A stretch of DNA of 63,474 nucleotides, filler included, from Octopus bimaculoides (taxonomy: Eukaryota): the NCBI RefSeq assembly GCF_001194135.2. It is 8 parts of 8 records of this genome, joined end to end, with 100 filler letters (N's around TTAATTAATTAA, not from the genome) between each part and the next. Parts side by side here need not be neighbours in the genome. Positions count along the whole stretch, not along the records: positions 24,179 to 45,006 come from NC_068985.1; 7 more parts are not named here. One strand, given 5' to 3'. How positions within the stretch are numbered: the stretch's first letter is position 1; every line of letters starts with the position of its first letter. A program made the translations under genes and the position numbers. Under the pieces are notes generated by a model. The model did no database searches and was not told where the DNA came from. It saw only the letters and a list, made by a program, of their open reading frames with translations. This document shows, in pieces, positions 24,499 to 37,097 of this stretch.

Positions 24499-25768
24499 AA
24501 GCTTACAGATGGGCTGATGAAATAAAATCTCTACGTTGTTTTGAGGGGAAGATAAAACTTGACAAACTGCTCTCCCTTCGTAGTTGGACTACTATAATGT
24601 TTGTTTAAAAAAGAGAGATTATGACTGAGATAAAATACTGAAAGCAATATTTACTAAGCAAGTGAGCACTATTATACAAAGAAATAAGTAGACGTAAAAT
24701 ATCATAAAAACTATTAGAATTGGGAATCAAATATGAAAATTTTATCAAGTGGCCAGCAGAAAACCGCCCAGAGAGTGGTCTTTCTGCTAGCATATTATAA
24801 TGAACAAAGCTGCTTATTAATTAGGTATGTAACAGTTACTCAAGGTTCTAAAAGAAAATAATTATGAAATGCTTGACCGTCTGGAAATATTTTTATAAAT
24901 TCATGTTCTAAGAAATTTCCTATAATTTCGATTTCTAAAGTTTATTCAATTTTTGTACTCCAATTTTTAGCAAATTTAAATATTCATTGCGTTCACCGCG
25001 GAGTAGATTTTAAAGTTTAATAACAAACAATACTAATTCGTTGCAGGTGACATTTTCCGTCTTCATTTGCAACACTCTCTTTGGCCTCTATTTTCATTAA
25101 TGATAATTTAATATATAACTTTGATAGGCGGTACAATTTGAAGAATATCAGTTTCTGGAGTTCGTGAAATTAATATTTTTGATGAAATAAAAACTTTTTA
25201 ATATACTGGTATAATTTTTAAGTGAGTTTGTGTTGAATGAATGCATGCTATTAGACAAAATAGGTGTATAACTTTGATACGAGGCACAATTTCAAGAATA
25301 TTATCAGTTTCGGAGTTTGTTAAATGAATATTTTTGATAAAATGGTAATTTTTTTTAATATACTGTTATTGTTTTTTTTTATATATATATATAAATTAAG
25401 AAGTGATTTTTGTTGTTATGGCTGTTTGGAACGCTATAAGCCTTAGAATAATCATTATCCGGACCGATTTTGGGCATTTTTTTTTTTTTAACCATAGGAG
25501 GAGCCTTTTTGGTAATAAAAAAAAAATATATACCAGTATAATTTTCAGAGGAAAAGATGAGCAATTCAATGGAGATTTGGCTGTTGTCTCTAGCACAACC
25601 CAAACAATCTTCCGTTTTCACTCTCACATGTATTAATTTTTTTTTCAATATTTTTCTCCCATTAAACACATTGGATTTGTTCAGTTTGGTTCACAGATAT
25701 TTTTAATTAATCTTTTTTAACTAAACAGTATGAAACTTCGTATACTGGTGTAATTTCTCACACAGATC

Positions 25769-26540
25769 ACGGTTTACTTTGAACATTTTTGACAAAGTTT
25801 CATATTTTAGAAGTTATTTCGTGTTAAAATTGTCGTATTTGAGTAATTTTAACCAATCAACGATGTGTATTCAGTTGAAGAAAGCTACTGTTGTTTGCGA
25901 TAGTAATCGAAGAGGAACAACTTTCGGGTCATCTCTACAAAATGTCACCACTCTGTTCTATTCTATTTTTTCTTTACTGCCTGTGTTGCATATTACACGC
26001 TCTTTTCTTTCTTTGGTTCTCGCGTCAGAGTAACCAGTAAACATCGAAGAATCAACACCAAGATGGAAGAAATATTATTTACATATATTTATTCGTTTGC
26101 CCGACATCGGTATTTAAGCAGCAGGACCGACTTTGGGTAAAAATTTTGATTCTATCCACACAAAAAGCGCACCGGTGTTTAAAAGACCTATAGAGCTACG
26201 GCTTATTCACAGGAAAATACGGTAATTGTAGTGGCAGTGACATGCTCGCTCGCTGGTTGGTAGTTGGTAATGTAGTAGTGGTTGTCTGCCAGTAGAGAAG
26301 GAATGCACGGTGCTGACTAGAAAGGAAAAAAGGGTAACATACGAATAGAACAGAGTGATGACATTTAGTAGAGATGACCCGGAAGTTGTCCCTCTTCGAT
26401 TACTATCGCAAACAACAGTAGCTTTCTTCAACTGAATACACGTCGTTGATTGGTTAAAATTACCAATCATTACGACAACTTTAACACGAAATAACTTCTA
26501 AAATACGAAATTTTATCAAAAATGTTCAAAGTAAACCCGG
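25769..26540. mobile_element. Foldback non-autonomous DNA element with ~200-bp inverted arms
   Basis: 25769-25965 is the reverse complement of 26340-26540; the spacer has an inverted homolog at ~31150-31295. Confidence 0.8.
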
Positions 26541-27050
26541 TTTACTAAGCCCGGTTTCACCCGGTCAGAGAACGACGCGTAGAGAGAAACGAAGACATAA
26601 AAAAGAGGAAGAAGTGGATACGAAGTGGTGTTTGGGCGACGGATGTTGGTAGAAAAAAAAGAATGTCATGGTGAGTTAGTAAGGAGAGCAAAGCAAGACT
26701 GGACTTACGTGGACTGGCAGGACGATGAAAAAATTGCGGAGTTGAAATTGGAGCAGTTGAAGTTNNNNNNNNNNNNNNNNNNNNNNNNNNNNNNNNNNNN
26801 NNNNNNNNNNNNNNNNNNNNNNNNNNNNNNNNNNNNNNNNNNNNNNNNNNNNNNNNNNNNNNNNNNNNNNNNNNNNNNNNNNNNNNNNNNNNNNNNNNNN
26901 NNNNNNNNNNNNNNNNNNNNNNNNNNNNNNNNNNNNNNNNNNNNNNNNNNNNNNNNNNNNNNNNNNNNNNNNNNNNNNNNNNNNNNNNNNNNNNNNNNNN
27001 NNNNNNNNNNNNNNNNNNNNNNNNNNNNNNNNNNNNNNNNNNNNNNNNNN

Positions 27051-27285
27051 AATTTGTAGGTCGTATCGGAGTGGGTAAGGGACATAGGAGTTATAAGTAT
27101 GTCTTAGCCAGCGGCCGGTTCATTCAAGATTGTTGCTTACAGAACTCGGGAGCACAATTTTTTGATAATCATCCGCGTACCATTGCACATTATTGCAGCA
27201 TCTAAATTCCTTAGCAGCATGATTGGCGCACCAACTTTCAGATGCATTTCGTGAGCTGGTAGTTCTGCGGGTCTCCCCTTTTGTC
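27051..27285 (-). mobile_element. Helitron RepHel, Pif1-like helicase C-terminal fragment
   Basis: rc translates LPAHEMHLKVGAPIMLLRNLDAAIMCNGTRMIIKKL...ATILNEPAAG*DILI (LKVGxPxMLLRNL...CNGTR motif); two stops; runs into the gap. Confidence 0.85.
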
Positions 27286-27289
27286 AGAT

Positions 27290-27422
27290 TTGTCATGGGC
27301 CGGCCGGTCTATCTCAGATACATGGGAAGCTGGATTAAATTTTTCATCAATACAGAGGAGCCGAAATAGATTTTTTCACTGTCCAAGGGAAGCCAAATCG
27401 CGAAAAAGGTTGAGAAATGCTG
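27290..27422. mobile_element. hAT-type MITE terminus fragment
   Basis: Ends AAAAAGGTTGAGAAATGCTG (rc CAGCATTTCTCAACC). Confidence 0.5.
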
Positions 27423-27603
27423 ATCTATAACGATGGTTTTTATTTAGGCACATCGTAAAAGTAATTATAATGGATTGCTTAATATAAAGAAAATTATGAT
27501 TTTTGAAGCAAATACAGTAAGAAAAAATATTTACCATTTCAAGGCATGTGCAAAATTTGAATGAAATTGGTTGTGTAGTTCTGGAGTTTTAGGGATTCAC
27601 ACA

Positions 27604-27639
<36 letters not shown>

Positions 27640-27789
27640 TTCTCAATTTTATATATATATAGATAGATATAAACTCACACATGTATGTATATATGTATGT
27701 ATGTATGTGTGTATGTATGTATGCATGTATGTATGTATGTATGTATTTACACACACCCAGATCGTGTATGTCTAAATATATGTATGAGT

Positions 27790-28200
27790 TGTGGGTGCGA
27801 AAACACGTTGCGGTTTTTCTGGGAGCCGTCTACCACACAATAATTCTATTTTATTGGATAAACGAATTATGTTTGGTTATGAGTAATCGCCATCACAACT
27901 GCTCATCCTATATCAAAACTTCACAATATCTGTATGTCTGCTAAGTCCTCTATCTGCGTTAATAGACTAGTCTCACCTATCTTTTGTTACTGTTAGTTAA
28001 CCCGTTCCCATGTTTCTGAGTCATTTATTTCGTGGCTCTTTTATTTTAATTTTCACCGATTAAATGTGTGCAATGTACTTCCTTTAGTCAGTTGTCTCCT
28101 TCGTTTATCTCACCCAATCTATCCTACTCAACGCTGGATTAAAAAGCTTACTTTACAACCACTGCACAGCAACTGTTTTCTGTTATAGCTCCGGGATATA
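27790..28200. mobile_element. Non-autonomous mariner-like element, copy 1
   Basis: TIR-like GGGTGCGAAAACACGTTGCGGTTTTT; homologous over ~400 bp to 30590-31060. Confidence 0.65.
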
Positions 28201-28384
28201 GGTTTTTAATTCGTTTTATTTTAAGACCGACATTTGAACTGCTAAATCTGTTATTATTTAAAATTGTAGTGCCATCAGTAAAACACCAACACAGGAAATT
28301 TTATAGCAGGAAATCTACAAGACAGACACATTTTTCAGTGTATTTATTTTCTTCCTGAAATATGTAAATTTCGTAATCTATAAC

Positions 28385-28587
28385 AATTCAAAAAGGATCA
28401 AGGGACCTTCTCGAGCCATAGGATCATAAGGCCGGTCTGTCAGAGGATTACTCATTTTTGCTAGCTGAGTGGACTGGTGCAATGTGAAACGAAATGCATT
28501 GTGCAAGAGTAAAACGCATCGCTCGATCCGGTAGTCGAAACCACAATGGTACGATTGTGAGTGCAACACTCTTAACCACTAAACCAC
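28385..28587 (-). mobile_element. tRNA-derived SINE family D
   Basis: rc GGAGGCACGTGGTTTAGTGGTTAAG...GGTTTCGACTACC...CCAGTCCACTCAGCTAGC. Confidence 0.75.
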
Positions 28588-29280
28588 GTGCCTCCAAAAT
28601 CCATAACAATTATAAAGAGATAATGATCAAGTGTAACTCACTGGAGTACACTCGAGGATGTTGTAAATGCATTAACTACTATTGACAGAATGGGGTGAGC
28701 TGTCTCATGAATGTGTAAGAGTATAAGCATTTATATGAATGTGTAAGAACATAAGCATTCATATGAATGTGCAAGTATATAACATTTATGAAAGAATTTA
28801 GTATTTAATAGACACTTATATTTTGAATTGCGTACTCAAATGATTTAGAGAGTCCATTAGAATTAGAACGAGAAATTACGAGATTATGCTTGAGCAACGA
28901 AACATAGATGCATATTGTTGAATGTAATTTCTTTTTGATCTGAATCCACACTGAAAAACTGGAATTAATTCCTCTATTTTTGTTCATAGTCATGTAAGCA
29001 GCACTTGATGAATGAGTTTTGTATTTATGACTTATGACTAAGAATAATCCTTCTTGTGAATTTCTGACTGAAGACTGATGTTTCATTTGTTTTGAATTTC
29101 TACGCTAATTGTTGTGCTCCATTTTTCTGAAGAAAACATAACATTCCTTATTCAAATTGGAGAAAGTAGTGCAGAAGCTGGAAATTAAAATTACTCTCTG
29201 GCTTCCGTTATCAGCAAAATCATGGCACAAGTTATGAAAAAGAAATTGATTTCGTTCTTAGAAGAGAATTATTGGCTGAC

Positions 29281-29966
29281 CCGTGGCGGCTCGTAGATAA
29301 AATTAGTGGGGGTGCTGTTTCAGAAATTTTTTAGCCGTTGTTTTAATATTGTGCAAAAGGAAACAAGCATATAAAAATAAAATTTATGGATAAACTTGAT
29401 CGGTTCGCGTTTTAGCCACTGCTGAGTAGTGCGTTTAATTTGTTTACTGAACACTGCCGCGAATTCCCTCTTGTTTTTTAAAAATCCCCGCTAAATCACA
29501 AAATAAGGTGGGGGGAAATCTGCCCTATTTTTCAAATCCTGACAGCAATACGGTAGCTGGAAGCAAGATAATAATCTAATTCTACACTTTAGCACATTCA
29601 TGAAGATAAACACGTTTATAAGCACAACACACGCGGAGTCAAAAAGAAGCACTACCTTTCATCAGCACACCATGATCGGCACTGCGTGAACTGTAGTGCT
29701 CTCTTTCCCTAGCGTAGAGCCTCCTATCTCGGACATGTGAGCATGCGCATATCAGCCAAACGCAGCTCAAAGAAAGGACAGAATTTTTGCATTTTTTTCA
29801 TAAACTAGGGGATGGCTACTGACATTAAGCTTAAGGATTATATCATGTACAAGTATAAAGAAAGAATTAAAGAAAATAGGACTCATTATATTGAATGTTA
29901 TTGATAATATCGAGTGGAAATAGGAGTTGCTGTAGTTCCGCAGTGTCTATACACGACCCGCCACTG
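29281..29966. mobile_element. Putative MITE with CAGTGGCGG-type TIRs
   Basis: CCGTGGCGGCTCGTAGA / TACACGACCCGCCACTG; flanks TGGCTGAC / TTGATGTC (5 of 8). Confidence 0.45.
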
Positions 29967-30184
29967 TTGATGTCAGATACTCAGTATGGCTTTCTCTCAG
30001 GAAGAAGCTGACTTCCACAGTTTTCGTGCAGCACTAAGAACGGGTACTGAAACAGTTACAAAGCTATTCAAATATAGTATATTTTGACTTGACGAAGTCC
30101 TTCGATAACTCACCAACTGCGAGATTTAGTGTGTAGCTGCATGACGCTTTATGAGGGAGAAGTTAGGCAAGTGTTTGTTGTTGC

Positions 30185-30219
<35 letters not shown>

Positions 30220-30505
30220 TTGTTGTTGCTGTTTCTACGTTGTGTATGCGCACGCACACGGGCCCACACACATGCGCACAAACAAAAAGAACGCAGCTCA
30301 GAGAACGGACTGAGTCAATGACTATTGAAAAGTTGCAAGACGCAAAGAAAATTTTTAGAAAAAATAAAGAAGTAAATGAGTGGAAACTGAATCGGTGAGT
30401 GTGTTAAATAATAAGGCACAAAAAGAGAATGACTCTCCCTAGACAACAAAATATGCTTCGAACTCACATAAAGAATTTTGCAAACTGAATCCAAAAAAGA
30501 AATAT

Positions 30506-30589
<84 letters not shown>

Positions 30590-30594
<5 letters not shown>

Positions 30595-31075
30595 GATGGA
30601 GGTGAAAACGTGTTGCGGTTTTTCGAAGTTTTTCCTGGATCCTCTACCACACATTGTGTGCGCACCCTCTACCACACATTGAAGCTATTTCATTGGATAA
30701 ACGAATTATATTTGGTTATATATTTCGTTATGACTCAAATGAACTGATCGACACCACTGTCAGGATGTTACGATGTCAGTATGTCTGTGAAGTCTTCTCA
30801 CCCCGTTAATAGACCACTCTCACCTAATTTTTATTCTTATCTTAGTTGACCTGTTACCATGTTTCTGAGTCATCTCTTGGCCTCATTTTTTGTTTAAATC
30901 ATCACCGATTAAACGTGCGCAATGTACTTTCCAGCCAACTGTCTCTCGTTTGCTTTACCTGACCTATCCTACCTCAATTTAGATTAAGAAACTCGCTTTG
31001 CCACCGCATAGCTTCGGTTAGTGTCTTCTGCTATAGCACCGGGCACGAAATTTTTTCCCACGAGAGTTCCGGATC
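30590..31075. mobile_element. Non-autonomous mariner-like element, copy 2
   Basis: ATTGGGATGGAGGTGAAAACGTGTTGCGGTTTTT resembles Hsmar1-type TIRs; homologous to 27790-28200. Confidence 0.7.
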
Positions 31076-32233
31076 CCAGTAATGAATTCATTTACATGCA
31101 GCCAATCAGAGCAGAGCCACATTTATCCTTTCTTCCTTTCTAATCAACACCGTGCATTCCTTACTCTTTCCCTCTCTACTGGCAGACAGCAACTTCTCTG
31201 TCTTCTAACTACCTATCGGGCAAACGAATAAATATATGTAAATAATATTTCTTCCTTCTTGGTGTTGATACTTCGATGTTCACTGGTTACTCCGATGTTG
31301 GCACAATAATGCACTTGCCCAAACTGAATTGCTGGAGTTATTTTTAAAAAGTTATAGAAGTTTAAATTTTGGTCATTTTCAACCTGTCAGGAAACAGGTT
31401 TTGGAAGCTGTCATTTTGCGCGTGACGGCACATTTTGTCGTCAACATCCTGAAAATGCTTACATTTCTTATATTTTCCGGGAATTTTTCATGGGTCCAGC
31501 TAGTTATAATAAATAGATCTATAATTTAATACTAATGGTATAATAGTATTNNNNNNNNNNNNNNNNNNNNNNNNNNNNNNNNNNNNNNNNNNNNNNNNNN
31601 NNNNNNNNNNNNNNNNNNNNNNNNNNNNNNNNNNNNNNNNNNNNNNNNNNNNNNNNNNNNNNNNNNNNNNNNNNNNNNNNNNNNNNNNNNNNNNNNNNNN
31701 NNNNNNNNNNNNNNNNNNNNNNNNNNNNNNNNNNNNNNNNNNNNNNNNNNNNNNNNNNNNNNNNNNNNNNNNNNNNNNNNNNNNNNNNNNNNNNNNNNNN
31801 NNNNNNNNNNNNNNNNNNNNNNNNNNNNNNNNNNNNNNNNNNNNNNNNNNNNNNNNNNNNNNNNNNNNNNNNNNNNNNNNNNNNNNNNNNNNNNNNNNNN
31901 NNNNNNNNNNNNNNNNNNNNNNNNNNNNNNNNNNNNNNNNNNNNNNNNNNNNNNNNNNNNNNNNNNNNNNNNNNNNNNNNNNNNNNNNNNNNNNNNNNNN
32001 NNNNNNNNNNNNNNNNNNNNNNNNNNNNNNNNNNNNNNNNNNNNNNNNNNNNNNNNNNNNNNNNNNNNNNNNNNNNNNNNNNNNNNNNNNNNNNNNNNNN
32101 NNNNNNNNNNNNNNNNNNNNNNNNNNNNNNNNNNNNNNNNNNNNNNNNNNNNNNNNNNNNNNNNNNNAAACTTAGAGCATGTGTGTGTATGTGTGTTGTA
32201 TATACGCATATATGTATGAAAATGTATATATAA

Positions 32234-32352
32234 GCGCAGGAGTGACTCTGCGGTAAGTAGCTTGCTTACCAACCACATGGTTCCGGGTTCAGTGGCACCT
32301 AGGGCAAGTGTCTTCTTCTATAGCCACGACCGACCAAAGCCTTGTGAGTGGA
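32234..32352 (+). mobile_element. SINE family B head
   Basis: GCGCAGGAGTGACTCTGCGGTAAGTAGC...GGGCAAGTGTCTTC. Confidence 0.8.
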
Positions 32353-33566
32353 AGATCGGTGCGTGCTTGTTTGTGGCGTTGTTAGCTAACTCCGCCTACA
32401 TCGTTTTATTGATTTTGATGAAACTTGACACGTGAGTAAAACTCATGTCTGGAAACCTCATGACATACTTAGATTGTTTAAAAATCTATAATACGGTTCC
32501 TGGAAGAGATCTTTATAACTAATTTTATTTTAAACATCCAAGGGAAATAACCCATAGCATCTGCACAATATTTTTTAAACACTCAAGGGAAGTAACCCAT
32601 ATCACCTGCATTTACAGTTGTTAGTTTTTAGTTAAGTGATCAATTATTTGATTCTCACGATCAACCAACCTAATTCTACATTTCACTACTCAGTTTTGAA
32701 CTGCTAAACATTATTATTGAACTTCTTTGATTTGAATCTTAAATCTTAAAGACTTCATTCATACATTTCTACACATACATACTTTTTTGAATGTCCATTA
32801 CTCCGATAATCCTGCATTTTTACAGTTACACTTTTTCCATGACAGTAGATAAATTTTTTATTCCACAACGTTTTTGTAATGGCTTCATGCAGGCATAGCG
32901 TGGATTCGATCCTCGATTGCCAAATTTCACTTAACACTTCAACAGCGCTTTTCTCACGGTAAAGCAATAGTTTTTCTGTGAATGACAGCAGTTATACATT
33001 TCCCAGATGTCTTTGCTAAGCAGAATAATGTCTTTGCCACTTGACCCTTCTAACCTCTTCTAGGCCACCAGAGGCTGGAATGGAGACCTCCAACGAAACC
33101 ATTTGTTCTCAACAATATGTCTGTCCTTCTGACTGCTTTTCAATAGTTATAAAAAACAAGAAATCCGTAAGCTAAAGGCAGTTACTGAGAGCGACCATCA
33201 GTGAGTGTGAACGTTACTACTGCACTTTCTTCATTTCATTCTTAAACATTAAACACTTTATTCATATATTTATATACATATATACTACATTTATATGTTA
33301 CCTTTAATAAATTACACTTCATAAAGTTCACCTTTAAAATGCTACGACGAGTCAGAGTACTTTCTCGCCAACTTCCGAAAACCTCTCTCACCAACCTCCA
33401 GCAATCTCTCCCTCCTCCAACTGACAGTTTTTTGTACATTTTCGCGACAGAAAATACGCCTTTTGTGACAGTTTTTACGAAATTGCATTCCTATATCAGA
33501 GTAATAAGGCGTTTCAATAGAACATCTTTACCCCCGGGAATTACCGGGTACACCAGCTAGTATATA

Positions 33567-33616
<50 letters not shown>

Positions 33617-33639
33617 TGTGTTTGTCCCACCACCACCAC

Positions 33640-34320
33640 CTTCCCAGCGATCCGCCCGTCTGACCTATGTAATTATGTTCGCAACCTGTGCCTGTGATTA
33701 CGCAGATCAGGTTTTCCGTGTTGCAGGTGAGATTGGACTTAACTGTGAAGGTTTGGCCATCTTTGAATTTAAACCCTGGTCCCTCAATTAGGTAATGGCA
33801 AGTGCCGCAATTTGCTCTTCTGCATTTAATGACAGCTGGATTGGGGGTTTCTTTGTGCGTTTTTGCTCCAGTGAGATTGAATTTTAGTGTTTGGGCTGCC
33901 GTTTGCTTTTGATGATTTTTTTGTTTTTCTATGATTTTTCTCATTTTTTTCATCTGCAAATCAGATGGGGAGGTTTTGGGGGATGTGATCATATTTCGGT
34001 GTTCCTGGGATTGATGATTGACATGAATGGTATGACATTTTTCCCTCTTTTTTTTTTTGTTTTCCTAAATTCATTGACATCCATTTGTTTCGCCTTTGGT
34101 GATTAAGCCAGGAAGGAAAGCTCTTTGGATAAGTGTGTCTTTCAGTTCCGCTAGTCTTTGTTCATGTTTGGATGGTTCTGATACTATGGTACAAATTCGT
34201 TTTGCTAGGTTGAAGGGTATGTTGATTTTGGTGTGTTTCGGATGACAAGATGTGAAAAGAAAGTACTGTTTGGAGTCGGTGAGTTTGTATCTTATGTCCG
34301 TTTCTATTTTAGACAACTAC
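33640..34320 (-). mobile_element. Penelope-like retroelement fragment: RT thumb, Cys-rich linker, GIY-YIG start
   Basis: YKLTDSKQYFLFTSCHPKHTKINIPFNLAKRICTIVSE, then KCRRANCGTCH...TCNTENLICVITGTGCEHNYIGQTGGSL; frameshifted and truncated after YIGQT. Confidence 0.9.
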
Positions 34321-34504
34321 ACCCCTTCTCTTACACTTTGAACTGTTGTTTTAGCCCCAAGAAATGTCGTTTCTAGCTGGCTATACGACACACTATCCGT
34401 GTCCTTATATTTTCGAACAGGGAAACACACAAAACGCAAAACAACACAGATAGTGTGTCGTATATACTCGACGATTCTGCCAGGTCGCTGCCTTAAAAAC
34501 ATAA

Positions 34505-34726
34505 AATATTGGTTTCGAATTTTGGCACAAGGCCAGCAATTTCAGGTAAGGGTTATGTAGATTACATCAACACTAGTGCATATCTGGTACTTATTTTATC
34601 GACCCCGAAAGGTTGAAAAAACAAAATTGACCGCGGTGGAATTTGAACTCATTACTTAAAGACGGTTAAAGCGTCGCGAAGCAATTTTGCCCGGAGTGCT
34701 AACGAGTCTGCCTGCTCACCGCCTTC
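34505..34726 (-). mobile_element. SINE family A
   Basis: TTTTGGCACAAGGCC...ATCGACCCCGAAAGG...GAATTTGAACTC...GCTCACCGCC. Confidence 0.85.
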
Positions 34727-35900
34727 AACATGCATCAAATATTCAAAATAAATAGTGAAACTTAGTTATGTTAAGGATGAAATTTGAACCTATTTATCTA
34801 ATCTTGTTTTAAAGACGAAATGGGGATGTGCTGTTACATCATGCATTGAAGATGCTACAGCAGGAATTTTCTCCCAGATTATGAAATATGTTCTTCCATA
34901 AGTGAAAAAAAAACCTGACTCATATTTTATATTGATGACTGTTTCATTTCCAAAAGCAGGAACTAAATAACTTTAAAATTATCTGCAATTATTTTTATAG
35001 GTTAATAAATACATGTCTATATGTCAGTGTGTATGTATATATGTATGCATGTGTGTATGCATGTATGCATGTATATGTGAGTATGTGTGTGTGTGTGCAT
35101 GTATGTATGTATGTATGTATACTACTTTTATATGCTGAAGTACCTTTTTTCGACGGATGGGGTGAGAATATGTGTTTGTTTATTGGTATCATTCAATATG
35201 CTAGAAATAGCAGCTGCATTTCTCAACATAAATTTTCTTGTTAAAATATAGAGGAAAACAAAACCGTATTTTGATTAAGACCTGAAATATAAAGGATGGT
35301 TCTGACATATGAAGGTCTCAATGCTTGCTTGTGACAGCATTATATACATGATTACTGTTTTAATTATTATTTGATCTTATTACAGAAAGAACAAGCGTTT
35401 ATATGAGGGTTATACGAGCGTAAATGCGAAAATGACATAACATTTTTATTGACCCACAAATGTCTTTCATATTGCAAGTATCGATAGAATAATTCTTCCT
35501 CTAATGTAAAAGCAAAGTCGACCTCGGCAGAATTTCAGCTCAAATCGTAAAAACTGTCGAAATGCCGTTAAGCATTTTGCCCTGAGTGCTAACGATTCTG
35601 CCAGCTCACGGCCTTCAAAATACTTAAAATATTCAAGGCAAATAGTGAAACTTGATTGAGACAAAATTAGAACCTATTTATCTAATCTCGCTTTAAAAAC
35701 GAAATGGAGATATGTTATTACATCGTGCATTGAAGATGCTATTGCAGGAATTATTTCCAAATTATGGAAAGCGTTCTTCCATAACAAAAAAAAAGCACCT
35801 GGCACGTGTTTAATATTGATGACTGTTTCGTTTCCAAAATCAAGAACTCAATAGCTTTTAAATCATCTGCAATTATTTTTATATGTTAATAGATATATGT
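34660..35900 (+). repeat. Old local direct duplication (34660-35000 vs 35560-35900)
   Basis: SINE A head plus ~290 bp of shared AT-rich sequence (GAACCTATTTATCTAATCT, CATTGAAGATGCTA, ATATTGATGACTGTTTC, ATCTGCAATTATTTTTATA). Confidence 0.85.
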
Positions 35901-36063
35901 CTGAGCGTCAGTGTGTGTGTGTGTGTGTGTCTACTGCTCGACATAGAATTCATCTCAAGCAATGCCTTTGCACAAGTGCCGAACCCAAAACTCGAAAACT
36001 CTTTCAAAAAGTTCGCCATAGTTAGACACGATAGATTTGTACCTATATGGTTATATCGGTTTA

Positions 36064-36734
36064 CAGGGTGCGATGGGTAAATTGTCGGCATTTTATATTT
36101 TTGATTTCGCGCGTGCGCATTGTTTGCTTTTATTTTGTCGACTACACAGTATGGTAGGATCAATTAGGCACCCTCTATAAGAAAAACAGCACCATGATGC
36201 AATTCACTCTGACAGAAATTTGGAAACGACATGCTGTACTGCTTGGCATTCGCGCCAGAATCTCCATTACGAACATTTCGGAGTGTTTGGGTGTCAATAT
36301 GAGGACGTGAACCGAGGGTGATAAAAGTCAAACATCCAATCAACATCAAATTATTTGGAGTGATCACTAGTGATGGTGACGTCATGACTCCAGACGGCAA
36401 CTCCCCAGACTGCAACCCCCTTGATTATTATGTGTGGGGCGCAGTTGAGCGAGAGACCAACAAAACTCCTTGTAACACCAAAGATCAACTGAAGGCAAGG
36501 ATTATGGCAGCATTCACCAACTTAAATAAGGAGAACGTCCAGAAGAGTTGCAGGAAATTCCGAAGTCGTCTGGAGGCCTTGGTTGAAGCCAATGGCGATT
36601 GTCTTGAATAAATTTACTCTTTAGCATTTCAAGATATTTTTATGTAATTTTGGTAAAGATATCTGTTAAAATGAGATGTCAGTGTTATTTTCATTTTTGC
36701 GTAATTTAGACGACAGTTTATTCACTGCACTCTG
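36064..36734 (+). mobile_element. maT/DD37D-like transposon, internally deleted, both TIRs present
   Basis: TA|CAGGGTGCGATGGGTAAATTGTCG vs rc of right end CAGAGTGCAGTGAATAAACTGTCG (18 of 24); KHPINIKLFGVITSDGDVM fused to NSPDCNPLDYYVWGAVE. Confidence 0.9.
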
Positions 36735-36944
36735 GATATTTACCAGCGTAAGTATTACTCTTTTAAAGATTAAACTTATTGTTCTTTTTTTTTTAAATAA
36801 TCTGTGAGCGAGTCATATTGCCTTGTATATTTAAATTATAACTGGTAATTATACACGTGCGCGTATACATACATACATACATACATACATACATACATAC
36901 ATACATACATACATACAACCTGTGTGTGTGTATGTGTGTGTGTG

Positions 36945-37097
36945 TGTGTATGGTAAGAAGTTTCCTTTCCAACCATTTGGTTCCGGGTTCTCACTGTGTG
37001 GCGCCTTGGATAAGTGTCTTCTAATATAGACCTGGGATGGTTTATGACTTGTGAGCAATGTTGGCAGAAACTGTGTAACAGTCCGTTGTAGGCAGGT
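36945..37097 (+). mobile_element. SINE family B head (diverged)
   Basis: GTGTATGGTAAGAAG...GGTTCCGGGTT...GCGCCTTGGATAAGTGTCTTCTA. Confidence 0.7.

Noticed and set aside
30300-30394. Plus-strand donor AATCG|GTGAGT after a K/E-rich frame
   Set aside because: No polypyrimidine acceptor and no recognisable product.
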